This document shows, piece after piece, positions 26,901-39,700 of a stretch of 64,000 nucleotides of DNA. The position numbers were made by a program, and so were the translations under genes. Below the pieces are notes generated by a model. It made no database searches. It was not told where the DNA came from and saw only the letters and a program-made list of their open reading frames with translations. Within the stretch, counting starts at the first letter, position 1; every line of letters starts with the position of its first letter. This DNA comes from Takakia lepidozioides (lineage: Eukaryota; Plantae; Bryophyta), in NCBI GenBank assembly GCA_030704615.1, contig CM060733.1, forward strand, positions 60,078,001 to 60,142,000. Reading direction: 5' to 3'.

Positions 26901-29548
26901 CTTTGGGCCAGTTTGTTGGTAACACGATGCGGTAGTGGGTAACGATTTTTTATAGTGACTTTGTTGAGCCCACGATAGTCCACACTCGATTTTAAACACA
27001 AGATTACTTCTGATTCCATGCGGATCAATAGCTACAAGAAAATAGATGGTCAACTAAAGGCAGCAGCTGCAGCGACACAGTTGATAAAATCAGGCACCTC
27101 AACCATGACCACAGCTTCTGAAAGAGAATCAAGAGAGGGAGTCCACAATGCCTCTTCTGGCACTTCTGGGCATGTGAAGATACTTTGTGCGACAGCCTGA
27201 CAGAGGCTCTACAGACTCTAAAACAAGGAGGCAGTTCAGCAGATTCAGATATGTATGTCTGTCTCTTGCTTAAGTGCATCAAGATGGAAGGTCTCGAAGC
27301 TGGCAAACAGGTGCACACTCACATTATCCAAAGTGGATTCACGCCAAATGTTTTTCTACTCAACACCTTTGTCAACTTGTATGTTAAGTGCCGGAACATC
27401 AGGGATGCTCACCAAGTGTTCAACAAAATGCCTCAATGATCTTTGATCACGTGGAATATTATGTTGAAATGATTTACCAAGCATAGGTGTGGTAGGAACA
27501 TTTTGGAGACATATGAGCAAATGATGTGCGAAGCGGTGAAGCCCAACCACATTTGTTTGTATTTGCAATGCGTGTGAAAGCCTGGGAGCAAGCTGGAATT
27601 GTACCAGATGTCATCTTGAACACTACCCTTGTGGACATGTTTGCCAAATGTGGGTAGGTTAAGGATGTGAGGGGAGTTTTCAACACTCTGGCTGAACGAG
27701 ATGTGGTGTCATGGAACGTGATGCTTGCAGGGTATGCACACACAGGGGCACGGGATGGAGGCTTTGGAGACCTATGAGCAAATGATGGGGGACGGGGTGA
27801 AGCCTAACCACATCACAAGGCATTTCACCAGATTCAGATATGTATGTCTGTCTCTTGCTTACGTGCATCAAGATGGAAGGTCTGGGAGCTGGAAAATAGG
27901 TGCATACTCACATCATTCAAAGTGGATTCACGCCAAATGTTTTTCTACTCAACACCCTTGTCAACATGTATGTTATGTGTGGGAGCATCATTGATGCTCA
28001 CCAAGTGTTCAACAGAATGCCTCAACGATCTTTGATCACGTGGAATATAATGTTGGCAGGATGCAATGCGTGTCTGGGAGCTCTGGAAAAGGGGAAAGAG
28101 GTCCATGGTGACATTGTCAAAGCTGGAATTGTACTAGATGTCATTCTGAACACTCCCCTGGTGGACATGTATGCCAAATGTAGGTGCATTAAGGATGCAA
28201 AGGGAGTTTCCATGGTTGAACGAGATGTGGTGTCGTGGAGTGCGATGCTTGCATGGTATGCACAGCAGGGACGTGATATGGAGGCTTTAGAGACCTATGA
28301 TCAAATGATGGGGGAAGGGGTGAAGCCCGACCACATCACGTTTGTGTACATTTGCAATGCGTGTGCAAGCCTGTTAGCTCTGGAAAAGGGCAAAGAGGTC
28401 CATGGCGACATTGTCACATCTGCAATTGTATCAAATGTGATTCTGAACAATACCCTCGTGGACATGTATGAAGGGAGTGTTCGACGGTATGGCTGAACGA
28501 GATGTGCTGTCGTGGAGTGCGATGATTGCAGGATATGCACAGCAGGGGCGCTGGATGGAGGCTTTGGAGACCTATGAGCAAATGATGTACGAAGGGGTGA
28601 AGCATGCGCTTTGCATTGCATGATGTTGAGAAAGAGCTTAAAGAATCGTATCTTTGCCAACACAATGAGAAGCTGGCCATTGTTTTTGGGCTTATCAACA
28701 CACCCTCTAGGATGTCTTTGGGGATCATCAATGTGTGGTGATTGCCACACAGCCACCAAATTCATCTCAAAGATAGCTAAGCAAGAGATTGTTGTACGGG
28801 ATGCAAACCGCTTTCACCACTTCCAAAATGGTGTTTGTTCTTGTGGGGAGTATTGGTGAAATGAAATGCTTGTCACCTAATTGAATGTATTGAACTCTGT
28901 CAGCTACGAGTCAGGTTGGACTCCAACAGTGTCAGCAAAGGCGCACGAAATCTCTTTTTGGAGAGGAATTCTCAACAATAGGTTTTGAAAATAATTGGAC
29001 CTTGCGAAGGTTGAAACTGTAGAACAAGTCCAGAAACTGTCCTAGTTGATGAACAGAGGTGCAGTGACTAGGTCTTGATGGTCTTTAAGAGGGTCACTCT
29101 CTGATGAAAATACCCAGGACTGTATATCAAAAAATGGAAACTTTCTTCAGGCCTCTTGCACATCGGGCATTGACAATGTCCTTTTCCTCTTTGCATCTGA
29201 TTATTGTTCAAAGTGAGATTCCACAGCAAGTTTTATTGAGGGAAACAATTTTTTAATTAATTTATTAGATTTTATTCTATTTTTAAATAAATAAACTTGA
29301 TATAATATAAAAACATACATATACATATTTGAGGGTATTTTTTAATTATTGAAAAGGGAAATATACACACAGAAGGGTGTACTTTTTAAAAATTACAAAT
29401 TTCTATATATTTACAAGAGGGGGTTTTATAATCTTCAAAATGTATGTACAGAGGGTATAATGATCCAAGGACCCGTATACAAGGGGGTTTTTTATTAGGC
29501 GGCGAACGCACGTGATACGGACATTTTATAAAGAGTGCACCCCCCAGG
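23915..29548. mobile_element. Pack-type non-autonomous TIR DNA transposon (8-bp TSD, hAT-like) carrying PPR-DYW and other gene fragments
   Basis: Perfect 16-bp TIR CCTGGGGGGTGCACTC (23915-23930) / GAGTGCACCCCCCAGG (29533-29548); exact TSD CTAGACCA (23907-23914, 29549-29556); subterminal CACGTGCGT / ACGCACGTG; no transposase ORF seen. Confidence 0.9.
26354..28859 (+). pseudogene. Degenerate, internally duplicated PLS-class PPR gene(s) with N-terminal PDF (WWDNR) motif and C-terminal DYW deaminase domain
   Basis: LWNEYFSNPRQWWDNRGKK; PLS motifs LVDMYAKCG, ERDVVSWSAMLAGYAQQG, VKPDHITFV; DYW pieces [30 protein letters not shown] and [15 protein letters not shown]...[20 protein letters not shown]; many frameshifts and stops. 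Confidence 0.88.
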
Positions 29549-31103
29549 CTAGACCATCACCCATGTCTTCTGTCAGTGGATATCATAAAGCATGTCGTCG
29601 CAACCCTTACCAACACTACCCCAAAACAAGAACTATTGAAGCCACATCGCATGACTCCTCTTCACCAATTCAGCAAACCTATACTCCAACGAGCCAAGTC
29701 CAGGGATCATCAACACACCGCAGCTCTCTCTGGCAGTAGCACATATTACCAAGTTGTCCCTTGATTGGCTACCTTATCCCTTGCATTACTACTACCTAAT
29801 TCAGGCCATATGACAAAATCAAAGAGTCAGCATGAGTAGATCATGCACCCAAACCTTCAAGCTCTGCCCATCCTTCTCCCGCCCAGCCTCGCTTCCCCGC
29901 TGTTCGTCTCCTCGACATTTTAGGGTATTGAACACCACAGATGACGTCCATTCAACGAACATCATCAGTCAAGCAAAAACAACTTAAAACAATTTCACTT
30001 GACAGTGAATACTCTCATCACATTCGCACTACAAAACTATTTGATGCTCATTAATATCAAGAGCAATGTTAACTAGTGAAGGTATATATGTTATGTTTGG
30101 GTGTTTTCCGGTGAAGATATATCGGGATCTTCTCCCATTTTAGCGGTGATGTGTGGTCTCCTCTTAAGGGAGGAGCCAACAAATGAGTTGTCAATCATAG
30201 GCAATTGAGAGACTAAGAAATCAATGCATCCTCTTGTATCAATTATACAATGCATTGGAACTTCATCGCATACCCTTGTTTGGGACATATCTATAATTTT
30301 GATACTAGTAGGAACTACTGTGAGAGAATCTTTATATAGAGCCTCAACACCAAAGAATGATTTCAGAAAGGAGCGTAACGACACTAACAACTAAGTAAAG
30401 ATTAATGCTTAACAATGAGTAAGATGAGACCCGTGCTAAGTAACGAGCAGTAAAAGCAAGACGACTTGCATGGAGGCTGATATGATAAGTAACTGATCCT
30501 TTGTATCCTAAGTTGGGAGATCAGGGAAAAAATGAAACTTTACAAATGGGATTTCTAGACGTCAAATCGCAGGTTAGTTTGACAACCTCTTTTGAGCATT
30601 TGATGTGACGAGAATTTGTCTTCCACATAGAATGATAAAACCATTGATGCAAATCACTCGATTTGCCAAAGTATTGAATAATGTATTCATAAACCTAGAT
30701 ACGATTGACCGGTCTCTGAAAGAGTACTAAAACATCTTGTTGTCCAGAACAAAGATTTCTTTAATTACATACATGTCGATGTCTAACACATATACTAGTA
30801 GGTTGAGAATTGTCAATTGAAGCTCATGTTGGTTTATTCAAATTAAATTGAAAGATATTTGGTGAGAAGCTCAAAAGAATGGAACTCAATCAGCCATTTG
30901 CCCAACAATGATGGTTTCCATGAAAAGGTAAAATTATTAGGTCCCATCTACCACCCAATTTATGCTCTTGCTTATATCACCCAATTCCCAATATTTTTTT
31001 GTTTATATATGAGGATTTTATCTTAAATGCCATGAACATAAGAAACACAAACGGGATAGAAGGAAGAATCAAATAGAAGAGAAAGACTCCTGCTGAAGTA
31101 GAC

Positions 31104-32134
31104 CAGTGTTGGGCGGGTATATAAATTACCCTGATATACCCTGCGGGTCTATTGATATATATATACCCTGGTGTGGCAAGTTTAGGTACCCGGATGTATA
31201 CCCTTATATCAGGGTATATTTTTATGATATACCCTTATCCTTATATTTACCCTGCATCAAGACACTCAATATACCCTACTTTTCTAAAGGTTATATGTTA
31301 AAATGAAGGGTATATCTAATCAGGGTATATAAGGGCCTTTATGTGCCTTCATAGCCTTTATGTGCTAGGTCTTTTCTCTTTTTGTTGTGTTGTTAGGGCG
31401 CCTTGAGCTATAAGAAAGCTCCAATCACAACTAAAACAAATGCTACATATATATCATTCCTTAAATGTCATATAACCCAAACAATACCTCTTCAGATCTC
31501 GCATATATATATACATAAAAGGAAACCTGCCCACAATTTAGGTCCTTGAGGGGGGGATTTTTTTTTTTTTTTTTTTTTTTTCTCAGGAAACCTGGGAGCG
31601 ACAGCCCACAATTCAGGCCCATGAGGAGCGGGAAAGATTAACCCCCTTTCATTTATGGACCATGAGACCTACGGGACCATCAATGCCCAGACCTACTGTC
31701 ACGAACAATCCCAAACACGGGCAAAGCAGCAGGTTCAAACCCCGAACCACCAGAGCCACACATTGTGCACTTACCAGCTGAGCTACCAGCCGATGTGCTT
31801 TTTTTTTTAATCTCAAATCTCCTCCATCTTGCATTGGAAATTAACACCAAAATATTATGCAATATCTTATCAATTTTCTCTTTTACCCTAGATTGTTTTT
31901 TTGGTGTTTTGTACATATTGAAGACCATCATATATTCTTTAAAACCATTAAATTATATATGAATTGAAATAACTATCCATACCCGGATTCATACCCTAAG
32001 GGTATATTTTGGCCGGGGGTTATATAGAAATCTGAAAAGTTAATTTATCCATACCCGGAGGGTAAATGATTTGACAAAAATAATTTACTTATACCCTAAG
32101 GGTATATTGAAATCAATATACCCGCACAACACTG
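31104..32134. mobile_element. hAT MITE with nested SINE
   Basis: TIR CAGTGTTGGGCGGGTATAT / ATATACCCGCACAACACTG; exact 8-bp TSD AAGTAGAC (31096-31103, 32135-32142); many subterminal ATACCC/GGGTAT motifs. Confidence 0.9.
31558..31792 (-). mobile_element. tRNA-derived SINE
   Basis: Head GGCTGGTAGCTCAGCTGG (A box) ... GGTTTGAACC (B box), body, tail GGGCCTGAATTGTGGGCTGTCGCTCCCAGGTTTCC plus 24-nt poly(A); homologous to the copy at 39455. Confidence 0.8.
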
Positions 32135-33517
32135 AAGTAGACGTAACATATAGCATTACTTAATTTCAAGAGACTAACAGCTGTAAGTAACTAGGCAACG
32201 CCGTTGTCCAAACCTCCCCCAATTACTCAAAAATCCTTATGTACCCATAGATTAAGTGACCGGTATGGCTCATTAGTGAGGGCACAAGACTGCCTCACAA
32301 ATGGTCGTGAAAGCCACTAGATTACACAGGATGTCACCCATAATAGCCAACCAAGTTATAAAATAAGAGTAGCTGGGTCAACACTGTTAGAAGTATCTCT
32401 CATGTCTACATAGATACCATGCCATCTCAACTATATCGACACTCGCCTGTTCATATATGACAGTTGTGTCCATGACTGTAGTTTGTCATATAATTATATT
32501 AAATAACTATATAAAAAATTGTGAAAGATTATTCTGAAATGGATACACGCGAGCGAACAAACCAGTGTTGTACTGGTATTGAATTTTTAATATACCAGTC
32601 GGGTCCGGGTCTTGCTTTGTTATGAAATCAACCTAAATATTGTAGGGTCTGGTTTTTCAAATACAATATTGGTATAAGTATTTGCTTTGGCAGTGGTGGG
32701 TACGTGGTATCAATAATTGGGGATAATTTTTTGCAGTACCAGGGGTATATCAACTCAGGTATCAATACTTTTTGCTCCCATCATACACAACCTGAAAGCC
32801 AAGCCAAAACAGAAACATGCAGCGCACAATAGAGAATGACTAGCCAAATCACAAACATACAACCTGAATATACAAACAAAAACATACATACAAAACTTGG
32901 ATGCAAGAAAATGCAGGAAAATTGTCCCAAAAGAGACAATTTGAATTCATAGAAATATGCCAATGCATTGTTGTAGGTGGAAGTGAAGGCTTGCCCCCAA
33001 AACTTTCTCTTAAAATTATTAGAAGAAAAACCTTGAAAGAGAAAAACAACTTAAACTTAAAAAACAACTTTGTAAAAAATCATCCCTGTTCCATCCAGGG
33101 CCACAGTCCCTGTTCCCAAAAAAATAAAAATAAAAATAAAAATAAAAATCATTCTTTAAAAAAATATTTTTATTTTTCCCTTACCTTATTAATAACAGCT
33201 TCAAGGGCCACTGTCCCCTGTTCTCTAAATAAATTTTAAAAAAAAAATCTTAATGCCGATATGGGATGCTGAAAAGTGGCCATGGGGATGATACACTCAG
33301 TTCACGCAGAATTAGTCATTCATCCATTCAGTCGACCAGCAGCATACCTGGTGGATGGCTGTGGCTATGGCGGTCTGTGTGGAGACAGACATGAGAGAGT
33401 GAAGAAGGCAGTGGAGGGAGAGGGTGGATGTGCCAAACATCACTGCCCTGCGGTTTTTGATCAATCTCAAGAAGGAAGGCCACTGCCCGGATTGTTTCCA
33501 GTTCATGTGAAATAATC

Positions 33518-34057
33518 ATGGCGGCCTCGTTGCTGTTTTCCCCTCTGACGTCGTCCTCTTATGGCTCCCCACCGGCATGCTTCTGCTCGCACTCCCTAGC
33601 ATGCTTAAGAAACTCTACAGAATATGCGTGCTGGCGTAATGGGAGGGTAATTGCGCCTGCACTGGCTTCAAAATCTGCGCTGCCAAACAGGCAAAGTTCT
33701 TCGACAGTGCGGAATCCGGGGACATTGCAATGCAGGGCGCAAACCTACACGGTGGAAATCGAACATCAAGGAGAGAGGCACATCTTGAAAGTACCTGAAG
33801 ATGAGACAGTTCTGTCGGTGGCGCTGGAGGCGGGCCTGGACGTACCCTACGACTGCCAACTCGGGGTTTGCATGACTTGTCCTGCCAGGTTGGAAAAGGG
33901 GACGGTGGATCAAACTCAGGGAATGCTGAGCGATGACGTGAAGGAGAAAGGCTACGCTCTCATGTGCGTCTCATACCCTCGCTCAGACTGCAGTATTCGC
34001 TCAATTCCTGAGGAAGAGCTGCTTTCCCTGCAGCTTGTTACATCTTCGGACCCATGA
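33518..34057 (+). CDS. FdC1: Chloroplast 2Fe-2S ferredoxin with C-terminal extension (FdC1 type), single exon
   Basis: Ser-rich transit peptide; VPYDCQLGVCMTCPARL, GMLSDDV, LMCVSYPRSDC, IPEEELLSLQL tail typical of FdC1. Confidence 0.9.
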   Translation: MAASLLFSPLTSSSYGSPPACFCSHSLACLRNSTEYACWRNGRVIAPALASKSALPNRQSSSTVRNPGTLQCRAQTYTVEIEHQGERHILKVPEDETVLSVALEAGLDVPYDCQLGVCMTCPARLEKGTVDQTQGMLSDDVKEKGYALMCVSYPRSDCSIRSIPEEELLSLQLVTSSDP

Positions 34058-34927
34058 GAGAGAGAGAGGATGGCGTGGTTCATAAATGCTGTATGGATAT
34101 GCCCTGTAAGTAGTAGGTGCAGCTCCATTCGACACTTGGTCTGCTAAGACGTGGACGTGGTAGACTTCGTGCTTTCAAAATGCCGGAGAGAACGAGAATA
34201 GATTTTAGCACATTTAAAGTTTTGTCCCTTTTTCTTGAGGCCTGTCTTATTTTCGATACAATGAGAAAGAACTTCCCTTTTCTTCCGCAATTTGTAGTGA
34301 GCTATAATTGGCTAGGTCGATGGCCAAGCACTGGATCGAGTCTGTCCTGTTTCGATGTGAACTGGAGCCCCATCATGAAAGGGAAGGGAAGGAAAGGAAA
34401 CCCGGTACCTGTTGTGAATAGCACGCTCTCTGGTGAGTTGTCGCGAGTATTCTTCTCAAGCTGGAAAGGCTTCAGTTGACAGCGTCAAAGGGACTGTCAG
34501 GAAGTGCTTTTTGCTTAGTTTGAGGGCTCAATGCAGATATGTGTGACCCTTCTTGCTCTGGTGGTGTTACCCACATCCAACTTCTACAGAAAGAATATTT
34601 GGAAGGCCAGAATCGCCTTCATGTTTATAGGGAAGTGTCTAAGGCTTTTAGCACCCTTAAGGGGTCTTGCCATCGGCACTACTCACCCTCAGTCCACCAT
34701 ATAAAAGTGGGTGAGGAGGCTTTCAACCCTCCTGAATTCTAAATGGTGAATTCAGGATAGTGCCGCCGGAAACGAACCCTAAATACAACAATTTTATTTG
34801 CTCAGACACACAACTTTGTGCACACATTTGGATGGACTGCATCCCATCATTGTCAGAGTGAGGATCTTTACTATAACTGCCATGCCACATGAGTTCTATG
34901 TGTGGTGGAAGAAAAGATAGGGTCAGT

Positions 34928-35302
34928 CTGTACATTATGCTATCATTCTTGCACTGCTGTAGAGACATCATCTCATTGACCTCCACAAGATCAGCAGTTA
35001 GTGTTCTGGGGCTACAGTGCATGAGTGCACCTCTACAGGTGCAGGAGAGCTGTATATGATGCTATCATTCTTGCACTGCTGTAGAGACATCATCTCATTG
35101 ACCTACACAATATCAGTAGTTAGTGTTCTGGGGGCTACAGTGCATGAGTGCCACTCTACAGGTGCAGGAGAGCTGTATATGATGCTATCATTCTTTGTAC
35201 TGCTGTAGAGACATCATCTCATTGACCTGCACAATATCAGTAGTTAGTGTTCTGGGGGCTACAGTGCATGAGTGCCCCCACTCTGCAGGTGCAGGAGAGC
35301 TG
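34928..35302. repeat. Tandem repeat, 3 copies of a 122-123-bp unit
   Basis: ATGCTATCATTCTT recurs at 34937, 35059 and 35182 with near-identical unit bodies. Confidence 0.9.
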
Positions 35303-36290
35303 GGAGGGAGCTCATGTATTTCTGATCCTAGCAATGGAAGACCTTTGTGAGAGATTGCACATCTTAGATAGACAAAAGAATCTCCCGCAGATCTCAAAGT
35401 GGAGAGGACAGTGAAAGAAGTGTTTTAATAGACGAACAAAAGAGATTGTCATGCAAATGCTGATTACAGGGAAGAACGACAAGGCTTGGGGAAAAGAAAT
35501 GAAGGGTGAGTGTGGAGTGGTGAGATTAATTTTACACATTTGGATTGCAATATTGCAGGTCAAAAGATTGTTTCAGTTGTCAGGAGTTTCCCTGAAAGTG
35601 TTGAGTAATACATAAATGCTAGTATGGTGGCGCAGGGAGATGCTCTTCCACTTGAAGAGGCTAATACCAATGTCCACCACACCTCTTGATCCTTTGTTTG
35701 GCAGAAAGCACAGATACTCGCCCCTTCAGTTAACATTCTGTTACAATTCATCTGGATGCTGTTAACGTTTATTAAAATTCTGTGGTACCAAGAGGACACC
35801 CTTCCAGACAAATAAGCATGAACTCTCCCAGAATCCCACAAGCACCACAACTTCAGACCAAGGCTGTTAAGAGCCCACTTGGGTGGATGGATACTTCAAG
35901 GTTGGTTTGCTTACTGGTTATGTAAGGATTGCAGACTAGGTAACAACCTTCATACTGCCTGCTTCAAACTCAGTAGCTGATGTAGGAGCTCAACATCCAT
36001 AGTCATGCAACTAACTTTACGATAGCTCTGCAAAAATTGTCATGACTAATCCAAACAAACGAGGCCAGCAAGCCAACAACCCACTCAAAAATCAATCAGG
36101 CACGATCAGAGCTCTAGACTGTCATTTACATCAGTTCCACACATCCCAAAGTAGGGCATTTAACTCTGGTCTTCAGGGTATAAGGACCCTGTCATGCTGT
36201 CATGGTTGGCCAACTAAAGTGATACCACAGGAGGACATCTCAAAAGCATCAGACAATAGTGTTCCAACAAGTGACATGCCAAAAGATTAC

Positions 36291-38933
<2,643 letters not shown>

Positions 38934-39454
38934 TGCTCCGCCTCCACCTCACACCCGATCAGCTCCTGCAACACCTCCGCCGCAAACAACCACCACAGCA
39001 ACCAAACACCCGAAATTCTCACGGAACACCACAGCGATCCTTGACACACGGTCGTGAAGAGCGTGTCGAGGCCGCTCTCACAGATTATCGCAGTGCGCCT
39101 CCCTTCTTCTCTACCACCCCACTTTGTCAGGAATCCCCGGGTAGCAGCGCCGGGTCGCGTCGCTCGCGCCCGCGCCCGTGCCGCTTCGCTGTCCGCCCCT
39201 CCACCAAAGGGTGGACAGACTTGACGGATGCCTCTCGCCCCCCAACTGAGGACGATATTCGTCCTGTTTAATGTCTTTCATTTTAAATTTATTTGTTCAT
39301 TTTTATCGTGGACTTAGGGCTACTACCGTCCAACTGACCATCCGTCAGTTTGCCGCCACCCCCCACATAAATCTGGCCCACTAATAATACTAAAGAATAC
39401 ATAAATAACCTGGCCGGTCCTTTGACCGATTCTACCAATAATTCATTATACCTG

Positions 39455-39700
39455 CGGCTGGTAGCTCAGTTGGATAAGTGCACTATGTGTCACGCTGGTG
39501 GGTCAGGGTTCAAATCCTGCGACTATGTCCTGTGTGTATGATTTGTTTCGTGACCTGTTGGTCTTTGGGTTGAGGTTTCCCTCCTGTGTGCCCAATGGCT
39601 TATCTGAAAAGGGGTTATCCCCACCCCCAACTCCCCTCTCCTCAAGGGCCTGAATTGTGAGCAGTCGCTCCCAGGTTTCCTTTTTTAAATAATAATAATA
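39455..39700 (+). mobile_element. tRNA-derived SINE (second copy)
   Basis: CGGCTGGTAGCTCAGTTGG (A box), GGTTCAAATCC (B box), same GGGCCTGAATTGTGAGCAGTCGCTCCCAGGTTTCC tail followed by T and AAT repeats. Confidence 0.8.

Noticed and set aside
30880-30960. Ulp1-protease-like motif WDLIILPFHGNHHCW on the minus strand
   Set aside because: Single short motif with no supporting catalytic Asp/Cys context
32563-32769. Small hAT-like MITE (CAGTGTTGTAC...GGTATCAATACT)
   Set aside because: Right terminus is degenerate and no TSD was found; too weak to list
39455-39530. Functional tRNA gene
   Set aside because: A and B boxes are present but I could not form convincing acceptor and anticodon stems, and it continues into a tail shared with the poly(A)-ended copy at 31.6 kb, so it is a SINE
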